Origin: Octopus sinensis
Lineage: Eukaryota
DNA: 64,000 nt
Direction of reading: 5' to 3'
Assembly (NCBI RefSeq): GCF_006345805.1
Contig: NC_043011.1
Location: forward strand, 17,620,464-17,684,463
The number at the start of each line of letters is the position of its first letter. Positions within the stretch are counted from its first letter, which is position 1. The position numbers and the translations under genes are program-made. This document shows positions 52,545-64,000 of this stretch, piece by piece. The notes beneath the pieces are model-generated. The model had not been told where the DNA came from and made no database searches. It worked only from the letters and a program-made list of their open reading frames with translations.

Positions 52545-52576
<32 letters not shown>

Positions 52577-53573
52577 AATATATACAAAGATATACGTTTT
52601 CCTTCTTTTTTACAACTCTACAATGCTCATTCATGATGCAAGCGTAATATGATTGGTATGGGATATAATTAAGAAAAAATGCGACTGAGAATTCCTCTAA
52701 AGAATTCTTGTTACATTGTGATTGCTTCTGTTTTGTTTCATTTCTATTGTATTTGTATTTACATTATTTATCAAATAATTTGCTGTTATTGCTATATCTG
52801 TTTATTATTATTTGTTTTTTTTTTGTTTTTCCTTCAATTTGAATGATTGCTCTGATCATGCAACGTCACCACATTAGCTTGTATTATTGTTAGCTATTGT
52901 TAGGTATCCAATTATTTAATCTACCTATTCAGGTATCCTAGAGACATTCAACATGAGATTGCGTCAAATAATGGAGTCAACGTTATTACTGCTATCAATG
53001 CCGTCCATCGTTTTCATGTAGAAATGATATGTCACTAAAAATATTACACTTCCAGTTGTTTGTCTATAGATGGTTTTTTTTCTGACAATATTCCTAATTT
53101 TAGCGTTATATCAATAAGGAAGAAAACTCCCCCACCAAACTGTTGAAACTGTTGAAAATAAAAAGAAGATTATCATGTACGTTAATGCTTATTTGCGTAT
53201 TTCAATATTAGCAACAAGTGTGTGTGCGTACACACACACATATGTGCCTCATTTTTCTTACATAAATATAATATAAGAAAACGTTTTGAGGTGCCTCTAG
53301 AGATACAGAAGAAAATGAGGATTACAATAACTCATATATTAAAGGTTATTTAACTCTTTTTCTAAGAATTCCTTTGTCAGAACGGATTGAAACAGTACAA
53401 GAAATAGAAATAAATATTTTGATTTCTTATTTCAGTGGTAATAAATGTGAAGAAAATAATCTTCTGTAACTGCTTAAATATCGAAGGACGTACAAGTGTA
53501 TGGTGAACAATAGCCACACTATGCAATATCCAAATTAGCTGCCGACCTTCTTAAACGTAACACATTCTCTCTG

Positions 53574-53626
<53 letters not shown>

Positions 53627-53970
53627 TTATATATATATACAACGACCTCGAACCCACAAGAATAAACAATAGAGACAGAGACTGAGAGAAACAAGGAAAA
53701 TGCCACTTGTATTTGAACACTATACAAATATTCTTTAAAAAAAAATTTTCTCTTAATTTTTCTAAATTTAATTGTTTAATTGTTACAGTTGAAACAGTCT
53801 CAATGACTGAAACCGGAACTGAAATGTTTTTTATGAAATTATTCTAGCATTTTCTATCGTGACTTTTTTTCCATATATATATATATATATATATATATGA
53901 TATGAATTAGAGATAAAACCACTATTATGCTAATCAAACTGTAAGTTATACTCCCAATATTATTCTTATT

Positions 53971-54026
<56 letters not shown>

Positions 54027-54339
54027 ATATATATATAAACATATACATACATACACACATACGTATATATATATACCTATTTATATTATATGTACATACA
54101 TACATACATGCACACACATAGTAAAATGGGTTGGCACAGGAATACAATATTATCATATGATAATCGTTTATTTTTTTGTCATCTAATTTTCTTACTAGTG
54201 CGTCACTTTGAGCTCCACACCAGGTTATTAGTCTCGCAATGTCGAAGCAAAGTATAAGCAAAGTATTAAAACATATATATATATATATATCTATATATAT
54301 ATATATATCTATATATATATATATATATGTATATACGAT

Positions 54340-55394
54340 AACTGTTAAATCTCGACAGATGATAGCCGTCCCATCGAGACACACACTACACCCCATCACT
54401 CAAGAGAACCACTCTTTGATGAGCCCTCAGATGAAGACGTAATATTAAAAGTTAGAGTGGAGGGCAGGATCCCTCGTTGCTACAAATGTGACCAAAATGG
54501 TCACATTAGGATAGACTGTCCTGTCCTCCACTACTCGCCGAAGCCCGTGAGCAGGAAGGAAACCCGCACCTCCGCCTCCAGTAGAAACCAATGCCGAAGC
54601 AGAGGTGGGTGGGAACAAGAACGACGAATGGGAAAAAGCGGGGAAAAGGAAAAGAGAGAAAGGGAAGAAGACGCATCCTCTGAATGATGAGTCCCCTCGT
54701 ATACCTACCTGTCACCCACCCAAACCCACTCTGTCCCACCCTGCCCCTGCAGTCACCAATGCTGTCCCTGCGTAACCCGACACGGAAAAAATGAGCACAT
54801 TCACACAAGACCTCCAGATTTCTCAACGCTTGCCCTGTGAGGAAAGAAGGAAAAAAGAGAAGTACATCGTTTTTAACGGCGAGTCAAATGCCAGGCTTGT
54901 CAATGAAATATATAGCTGGGACAATATAATACGAGTGAACATGCCTTAGCGATAAGGTGCCCAGGAATCTGAGTTGCATTACAGCCGACCCTATATATAT
55001 ACGGAACGATAAAAATGTCTGAAGAGAACGTTAAATACGTGGCCAGGAACATCGATTCCAATGAGATATCTATAATGGTGAGTTAATTTGAGTTAAAACA
55101 AATGTTTGGAATAGAATTTAGTAATGCTTATCATGTTTAAATTTTTTTAAATTACAAAAATATTATAGAACTTCGAAAAAATGTGTATAATTGTAAAGTT
55201 AAATGAAGTCGCCAGAACGTGGGCTCGAGTGGCTTCATTGCCTTGCTCATTGTAATTTTATTTTATTTTTATTCATCCTTCCATCCGCTTTTTATTCTTG
55301 TCTGCCCACTTTCATTGTACTTGTTTGTATATGTACTGTCGCTTCTATATTTATCCCCTGAGCAATAAAGCATTCGCTGTGAGCAATAAAGAAT
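54340..55394 (+). mobile_element. Element E: decayed ORF1-only element, 5' end missing
   Basis: VILKVRVEGRIPRCYKCDQNGHIRIDCP (CCHC). The 3' end CCCTGAGCAATAAAG(C/A)AT is like that of element D. The left boundary is approximate. Confidence 0.7.
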
Positions 55395-55418
55395 TCGTTG
55401 TTACAATCAGCTGGACCG

Positions 55419-57204
55419 ACTTGGACGCGGATGCTGTTTGTGCGTCGTTAGAGAGATAAGTCAAAGATTATTGAATTGGAATCATATTTATTATTATTTC
55501 CTGTGTCTTGAGACATGTGTTTTTACTGTCCTGCGGCAGTTTTGTTAAGGCTGTCCACATTTTATGAAGTGGGAAACGCATTACTTACGTCTTAATGATG
55601 TATGAAGATTTGAATTCTCCAGACATAACGACGCCTGAAGAAAAATTACTGAGAAATGTGGTTACTGCAGACCGGAAGAGGGGGAAAATGAAGGTGGGAA
55701 AATAAATGAACTTTGCACCTGCGGCAGTTGAAACCAAAGAAGAAATTTGTTTTAAGAAGATGGAGTGGAAGAAATACAGGGATATATCCTGCGAAGGGAG
55801 GGGCACGAAGTAAAAGTGATCCCCACCATACTCTAGTACAGTTGCAAAGGACATGTAAAAAAGACAATAATATATAGAAACTATAGTCTGGATGCAAAGA
55901 GATTGGAGATAGTGTCAAAACTACAAGTTAAGAAGGCATTGAGACCCGTCTGGCAGGATGTCACCTGCCTTGCCAGAGGGAGAAATACGCAACTGTGGGG
56001 GTGCGTTTTGCATCCGAAGAGAAGGCCAGGTAACATTCGGTAGTCACCCTAAAAACGGATCAGGTAATACTCCTGCCTACTTACCTTGGAAGTCGTGCTT
56101 CCAGAGTAAGGGTGAAAGATATTTCCCTGGAGGTAGATGTCGCCTGACTGGTGGCTGCAATACTGCGGGGTGTAGAATTTAAGGTACAGGTCCTCCAAGT
56201 AACGAGAACGCCACTGAAGAATTGGCAAGAGCAGACCCTAGACAAAATCATCCAGTCTTCTCTGTAGGACCTTGAACGTATGGTTGACACTATAATGATG
56301 GGTGAGGAGGTGATATTACGAGTTGCAGTGAAGGGTAGGAAGCTCCGGTGTTATAAACGTGGAGAGAAAGGCCACATAAGAGTAGAGTGTTCTCCGCCGA
56401 CCAAAAAAAAAAACAAAAAAGAAACAGTAGTACTACAGGCCCGAAAGAAAATCGCGCCACCACCTACTGAAATGACAAGTGATACAGGAGGGTGTGTGGA
56501 GGAGCCCGGCAAGGAGGTTAGGAAAGAGGCACAAATAAAGGAAGATAAAACAGAAAAATGGAAGCCGGTACGCCGGACAAAAAAGAGAAATTAGGGAATT
56601 AATGTTAGCCTCCATCCTACACCCATGCGAACACCACCCTCTCCACTATGCCACACCCTCACCCTGAAGGCACCAACTCTCACCCAACCTCACCAGACAA
56701 TGATACTTTAACTACAAATACACAGGAGCCCTAATTTTCCCAACCCACATCCTGTGAAAAAAGTTGCATTGTTTTCCACGGTGAGTCATTCGATGAGGTG
56801 TGCGAAGAAATAATCAGGACGTGTTGATAAAAGTTGACATTAAAGGGTTTGAGGGAGTGCCCTCGCATGTTAAATGTGTGTTAATTGACAGAAAGAACTC
56901 GCAAAGATTAAGTGAGAATTACGGGACAAACGTAAATTGATACCAAGGGAATGCAGTCAACGGTAAGCCATCATGAACTTTTAAAAGAATTTAACATGGA
57001 TACATTAAGTGATTATTAAATGATTGAATTGTTTTTAAAATGTTTCAACTCGGTTACTTGGATTGTGGGATCCGAATAGCCTCCATGTACTGCATTCATT
57101 TTTTATACTATCCTTCTCATTCGTTTTATTTTTCCCCACTTGTGAGTTGTTGTCCATCTTTGTACTGTCCCTCTATGTTTAGCCCCCTGTGGGCAATAAA
57201 GAAA
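55419..57204 (+). mobile_element. Element D: decayed ORF1-only element
   Basis: IIYRNYS, LLPTYLGSRASRVRVKDI..EVDVA*LVAAI and VILRVAVKGRKLRCYKRGEKGHIRVECS are collinear with the A/B/C ORF1. The 3' end is CCCTGTGGGCAATAAAGAAA. Confidence 0.75.
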
Positions 57205-58220
57205 TCGTTGTTACAATCATCTGGACTGCCGAAGGTCAATATTCGAGCAATTTTGCTGTCTACTTCATAAAAGGACGTAAAGCAACTGAAACTGCTTGCG
57301 ATATGAACAAAACGTTTGGTGAGGAAATGATCAGTGAGTGGTCAGCTCGAAAATGGTTTAAACGATTTCGCATGGAGACCTGAGTTTTTGAAGATCGTGA
57401 GCGTAGTGGATGCCCATCAGTCGTCGATGGCAGTCAATTAAAGAACGTCATTGACAGAGATCCACATAAACCACTCAAGAACTGGCAAAATAACATCGAG
57501 TTATTCAGAAAACTGCCTGCAACCATTTGCATGTCCTTGTAAAATCAAAAAGGCTCGACGAATTGATACCACACTATTTAAATGAAAGTCAGAAAATGCG
57601 CAGATATTAAGTTTGCTTGTCGCTCTTTCCCCTTAACCAGAACGAACCCATTTCTCGACCGTATTGTAACTTGCTATGAAAAACGGATTCTGTACAGTAA
57701 TAAAAACAAACGTTCTTCACAGTGGTTGGTGCAAAATGAAGCACCGAAAACTGTCCCTAAACCCGAGCTCTTCAAAAAGAAGGTTATAGTGATTGCTTTG
57801 TTGTGTACTGTTGGAATCATTCACTATAACTTCTTAAAACCCGGAAGAACAATTACTGCAGAAACATATTGCTATGAATTTGTCAAAATCAACGAAAAAC
57901 CGCCACTCCTCCGACACGGACTGGTCAATAGAAGTTGAGGAATTTTGGCTACCAAGTTTTTCCACCCCAGATTATTCTTCAGACATTTCTTCTACCGACT
58001 ACCACTTTTTCAAGCAACTTGATGGTTTCCTGCGAGAGAAGGAGTTTAAGCATCAAGCTGATGCTGAAAGTACCTTCAAAGAGTTCATCAGCTCCAGATT
58101 TTATATATTACCGGAATAAACAAACTTGTAACTCGTTGGTAAAAGTGTGTCGATGGCAATGGTACTTGCTTTGATGAATAAATTTTCCGCATTGTTGAAA
58201 TATATTGTGATCAATTTATG
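57205..58220 (+). mobile_element. Decayed mariner transposon (same family as 46440-47515)
   Basis: NIRAILL..FIKGRKATETACDMNKTFGEE..SEWSARKWFKRFR, FLDRIVTCYEKRILYSN, and PDYSSDISSTDYHFFKQLDGFL. Confidence 0.9.
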
Positions 58221-58446
58221 GCAAAATATCTTTCAGCAATGCTAGAGCTGATGTTTCTAGTCTGTAACAACTTGTCAACTTGACAACACTTCTAAGACTC
58301 ATGCCAACAAAACCAAGTATTCAAGAAACTTGCAATACCAAGATTATGGAATTTCTTTCTGCTAGGAAGATGTGTAAAGAAGCATAGGCGGATCTCTCAC
58401 TCCCATGCATACATACACACGAATATACATACAAATATACACACTC

Positions 58447-58477
<31 letters not shown>

Positions 58478-59529
58478 TATGTACATACATACATGGGCGT
58501 ATGCATTGATAGTTCAATGAACTCACCAACTCAACAACATATTTACAGACACTAGGAACTGTCTTAACTCAAGAATACTTTTATTTTGTTAGCAACCGGC
58601 TTGAACTGTCTCAAGAATTACTTAAATTAAACTCAAAGAAAAATCATACATACATAATTTATGCAAGTAAATGATTATGGTAGTTTCAAAGATAGAGGAG
58701 AACATAAATGGGAATAAAATTCCTGTGTGAATGGTAATTTAATTACATTTAATTCCGTTTAAAAGAACACGTTGATCACAAAGTGTTCAAACAGTACAGG
58801 AAAATAAAAAAAAAAGAGCATAAAAACAAATTAATTTATGTAACACAAATGAAAACACCCTGGATACTACCGTGTTACTCTTTGCAAAAATACATTAAAA
58901 AACTGCCGTTTAATATGCGAGACAAATTTTATAGAATATAATAGAAGTTGGTAGCAAATATCCTCTTTAATAATGTCTGGTTGAGGCAGAGTTCATATTA
59001 ACAAAATTTCCATAAAAAAATTAATATTAAACTATTGAAAAAAATATTTCAGACACTACTTCAAACAAGAGATAGAAACATGAAATGATCTGTGCATCTT
59101 CTTATAAGCGTAAAGTAAATGTTATTTACATCATTCCTCTGTTCCTCAGTTTCTCTGCATCTCTGTCTCTGTTTCTCTTACTATATATGTATCAGTCTGG
59201 GGATCTTGGATTCGAACGAGGTGGACTTGCTGAGACATAGTGACGCCATCTATTATTAAGCGGGAAATAGGTATTGTATAATCAGCCAATGGGCTCTAGC
59301 AGTCCGTCTAAAAGAACGATTAACGAGAGAAAGAAAACTATCTGATTAGTTTAAATAATGAAAAAAGAATTCAACAAAGATACCAGCAAATTGGTAAAAT
59401 CATAAGAGTCTACTTGTATTTCCACTAAACATTCACACCTACATATATACATGAATACATACATACATACATACATACATACATACATACATACATACAT
59501 ACCTACATACATACATACATACATACATA

Positions 59530-59880
59530 CATAGCACACTGCCTAAACACTAATCTTGAGGAATTAGGCTTCCAAAAACCAGAAAGGAGAAAGGTAATTC
59601 GATCCAATCCAGATCCAATCCATCACTGGAACTATAAAATTCTGTAAAGCTTTCCACAATTTTATCATTTAAATATATATGAGCATGTCTAGATATGCAA
59701 GTATATGCATGAGAATACATACATAAAACAAAACATACAAACCTATACATATGCATACATACAAACGAAAGTACCCTGTTGATTTTGAAGTTCCAATGAA
59801 GAAGCCTTGAATCTAGGTTAGAAACTGATTCTTTCTCTATTGGTAAGAAATCTTGAAATAAAACTGAACAATGACATACA
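59530..59880. mobile_element. Possible Penelope-like pLTR fragments
   Basis: Degenerate hammerhead-like AATGAAGAAGCCT...AGGTTAGAAAC (59796-59825), plus a related inverted segment at ~59575-59670. Confidence 0.3.
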
Positions 59881-61859
59881 TAAACACACGTATGAGTATT
59901 AACGTAGCAAGGAAGGTGTGGTTACTGCGCCGCATATATTCCATTCTTTGGTATACGGTTTCATTTATATATTTTTGTGAATAATAGGAACGATAATATC
60001 TAGGATCCACAGTAGGCATGGTGCCGGGTAGTAAAATCATGGTTTAGAAATTGTTATCTACTCTTACTCTCACGTTGCTTTGAATATTTAATCCACCATT
60101 TACTGCCTTCATTTTACCTTCATACTTCCCAAGATTTTCTCGGAAAGCTAGCTGTAACAAATTGGATTAAATGAAAAGTGGCAGAAACTGGTTGTTGCCT
60201 GCGCCAGTAGAAAGATTATAATGAAATGTGAGAGGTTCGTAAATTTGTCAGACACTTTTTTTTGTTGTTTACTGAGAAGAAGAGATAAAACCCGAACATT
60301 TAGATTAATCTTCTCGCGATAGCACAGAAACTTTACTAAATTCATTAGTTTTATTGTTGGAAAGCAGTTCCTTGCAGTTATATTAAAAACTAAATCGCAA
60401 AACTTTACCCACTGGAAACGCCAAATATTTATACTCTTTAAATTCATCCGTAGCTCGATGGTATACTGTATAAATATTTCATTACCTTTAAATCTTTTAC
60501 GTTTCTTTTATTGCCTTCAGCCGGTGTCTTGTGGGCATGCCTGAACACTATTAATATAGCGTTGGCAGTTTTAATTTCCAAGAACAAACCGAGATCTTGT
60601 AGATAAGAAAACATATCTTAAACTGAGATAGCTAACATTATATTGCTCTCTCGTTTCACATTTTTCCTTCATTATATCAAACTTATTGCGCATTAAATGT
60701 CGACAATGAGAAACAACCCGTACAGAAAAGAACTAATTTGATCGATCGATGACTAGGTATACTCTTATAACATCCAGACTCTCAAATTAAACATGAATCT
60801 ATCTCAATAAACTGGGAGGATCTGTAAAGATAATTTCACATCTTCTCTGTAGACATGAAATAATCTGTTTAGTTTCCGTTGATTTGTTTTGCAGAATAAC
60901 TGTAATAAATAACTATGAGTATTTCATATCATAACGAGTTATTTCTATTTGCCAGGAGTATAATGCTTCTACTGAAAATATGCGTACGCTAAGTTAATAT
61001 ATTCTTTTAAATAGATAACTAATTTCTGCTTGAACGCTCATATGCTAATGCTCACAGTGTTAATCACCTACACAAATGATCAGCTTATATATGGGTTTAA
61101 GGAAAAAGGTCAAACACCAGTAATGAAAAAAATCTCCTGTTTATATTATTTTAAATCAACATATATACTGATAAAAAGAGCAGAGCCGCATTATTTAAAA
61201 TAATTAAAAACGAAGACATAATGGTTATCAGATGCACGTGGAGAGAATATAGAATTAGGACCAAGTAAACGCGTGGAGTTTTAGTAAATTCGATGGTATA
61301 TTACATTTTATTTCAGCTACGACTTTGCCTACAATAACATACGGATTACTATAAACGTACTGACTTCTGTAGTTTATAGACTCTGGATGATATACTTTGA
61401 TAGGTAATAATCTAAGAAGCAGATGGAAACTATAATGTCCAATGCTAACTCGCCTATGATATATAGAAACCTGTGCCACATGAAATATCATTACACTGCT
61501 GGAAATAAATTAAGTTTCAAGTAGAATAACCTCATCTGAGAGCAATAATATATAATAAAATGTTATTCTTCGCAGCACTGTAAGCTATTTGTGAATATTA
61601 TAAAGAATTGATTTTATATATATTCTTTATTCTTCACTAGCTTTATATTTCCTACTTATGTACATCCTGCGAAAATATAATTCAATACGTATAGTTTTAG
61701 TGTAGCTCCAGAAGATCTAATTATTGCAATATACTAGTTTTCCAAAACGTTCTCTTTCGTTAAATTGGGAGCTTGGCTCCAAGTTACAAGTAAAGGAATG
61801 CATAGTTGCGTCTGTTATATTATTTATGCACTATAGAGAACAAAATTATCTATATTCAT

Positions 61860-62155
61860 TTCGTTTTGGGATTTGGTTTGCAAGATTCATTATATGAGTT
61901 CGTGTGTTGAAGCATATTCTGTTGTGTCTGGGGAGAGTCATTTTCTTTTTGTGCCCTATTATTTAACACACTCACCGGTAGAATTTGTGTTGCGTCTTTA
62001 AACCTTTTCAATAGTCAAAACTATTGAAAACGTTGCAAGACGCAACGAAAATTTTAGGACAATAAAAATAAGAAAAAAGTGGACATTTTACCGGTGTGTG
62101 TGTTAAATCATGAGGCACAGAAAGAAAATGACTCTACCCAGACGCAACAGAATAT
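61860..62155. mobile_element. Foldback/palindromic MITE-like repeat, copy 2
   Basis: Homologous to 11458-11780 in opposite orientation. Palindrome centre ~62015. Confidence 0.85.
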
Positions 62156-62467
62156 CTATATTCAATAATTTTACTACTTAGATTTACAGAAAGGGCCTTT
62201 CATTTTGTTGAGTAGGAACATGCCCGTTACATTAAAAACATATGTGAATGTTACCTACACAAATATGATATATACTACACAAATATAATAGTTCTATCGT
62301 TGTCGAAACGCAAAATATTGCCTTAAGAAAGGTGTCATAATGTTATGCAACATTTTCGATTCGAATGTGATAGTTGATGCGAACATCAAACAAGTAAACA
62401 TCGTTGACGTATATTTAAACCAAAGACGATATCATACAACATTTAGGCATCCCTATGTTATGACACA

Positions 62468-62697
62468 AGGCGCCGAGCTGGCTGAAACGTTAGCGCCACG
62501 GGCGAAATGCTTAGCGGCATTTGTCTGTCGTTACGTTCTGAGTTCAAATTTCGCCGAGGTTGACATTGCCTTTCATCCTTTCGGGGTCGATAAATTAAGT
62601 ACCAGTTATGCACTTGTTCGATATAATCGACTTAATCCCTTTATCTGTCCTTGCTTGTCCCCTCTGTGTTTAGCTCCTTGTGGGTAGTAAAGAAATA
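62468..62697 (+). mobile_element. tRNA-derived SINE, second family, complete
   Basis: GGCGCCGAGCTGGCTGAAACGTTAG...GAGTTCAAATTTCG...GCCTTTCATCCTTTCGGGGTCGATAAATTAAGTACCAG...GTGGGTAGTAAAGAAATA. Confidence 0.85.
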
Positions 62698-62730
62698 TAT
62701 ATTATGACACCACACACACACGTATATACA

Positions 62731-62773
<43 letters not shown>

Positions 62774-62914
62774 ATATATACACACATATACACGCACATA
62801 CGCACACGCACAGAGGTGAACACATAAGTGCAAACCAGGTTTAAAAAGTTATATTTCGAATACCAAAAGTAAAGTAATATGCCTTTTTATTGAAATTTCA
62901 AAATTATCACTGAT

Positions 62915-63382
62915 TTGTTACTCACATCCCCTAGAAATATTAATAATAATAAGGTTATTGTATCTGAAGTCAATTACAACAGAATCAAGTTTATGTCAAG
63001 TAACTCTAAAATTAAAAATGCTATAAACCAGTGTAAAATTACTACTCGTAATCAAGTATATTTTTATATTAGAAGCACATCTTCACAGTTATCTGAAATA
63101 ATTTCTAATCATTACTCTACATTTAGGGATAGGAATAAATGTAACGGTACAGGGCTTAGGAAATTAATTTGGGACCTAAAAGACAACAATAAACAATTTA
63201 ATTTAAATTGGTTGAGTCTCTCAATCTCGATAACTTATGATAAAGGCAAAGAATTCTGTCTTCTCTGTAATTCTGAACTTTTTTTAATTCTTTTTTCTAA
63301 ACATCCTCTTGTAAACACGGTTATAGAGCGTGCATACGGATGTAAACTTTGGCAGAAACACACATTTAGTTCATATAAGTGA
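62915..63382 (+). mobile_element. Penelope-like element, GIY-YIG endonuclease C-terminal remnant
   Basis: YIRSTS (YIG-like)...ISNHYSTFR...TGLRKLIWDLKD...LNW...FCLLCNSE is the typical PLE endonuclease tail. Confidence 0.75.
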
Positions 63383-63890
63383 TATTTATCATTATATATA
63401 ACTTAAACATTAATTTTCTTCTTATATTTCTCATTCACAAGATATATATTCTTCCTAGTCTATGTGGTTTTATTTAATATACATATAATCATATACTTCT
63501 CATTTATTTAGTTTTCCTTTTCTTTATCCCTCTTTCTAAAGGCCACCTCTGACGTTATATCCTATAACGTTCATTTGAAACAATATCAATAGCGTTCAGT
63601 TAATCACTATACATATCCATCATTTCAAATAAGTATAATAGGTATGCATTCACCATCACCAGCTGCCAGACATACATAATACATAGTCATAGACAAACAC
63701 ACACTCACACACAAACATGAAAGCACGCACACGCAAACAAAAGTACACACACAAACACACACACACACACGCACTTAATGATGTATACAGTCATGTACTT
63801 TGACTGCAGCGTGAGTGCGTTTAACTTTTATTTCTAGCAAAGGTTTAGTTTTCATTTTGGTGAAACATTACACACCACTGTGTATACTAA

Positions 63891-64000
63891 TTCTTCTTCT
63901 TCTTCTTCTTCTTCTTCTTCTTCTTCTTCTTCTTCTTCTTCTTCTTCTTCTTCTTCTTCTTCTTCTTCTTCTTCTCATTATTATTATTATATTATTATTA
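63891..64000. repeat. (TTC)n-(TTA)n microsatellite
   Basis: Directly visible. Confidence 0.95.

Noticed and set aside
59900-60660. Coding-like minus-strand stretch
   Set aside because: No sustained frame or recognisable motif.

Overview
AT-rich, microsatellite-dense eukaryotic DNA whose SINE and repeat content strongly suggests an Octopus (cephalopod) genome. No convincing host gene is present. Most listed ORFs are microsatellite noise, and the rest is transposon debris: Tc1/mariner, CR1, RTE-X, Dong/R4, Penelope-like elements with hammerhead motifs, MITEs and tRNA-derived SINEs. The standout is a family of ~2.0-2.2 kb, ORF1-only, RT-less retroelements (RRM-like + CCHC knuckle, Tx1/L1-type) that insert at one exact position inside other mobile elements. 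One copy splits a SINE head at 23745-25882. Three different members are stacked head-to-tail at the same nucleotide of another SINE copy (37048-43437), separated by a 15-16 bp GTTAGCAA(A)GCTACTT repeat. An older, related pair is stacked in the same way just before a mariner transposase start (54340-57228). The 3' tails of these elements resemble the tail of a second SINE family.
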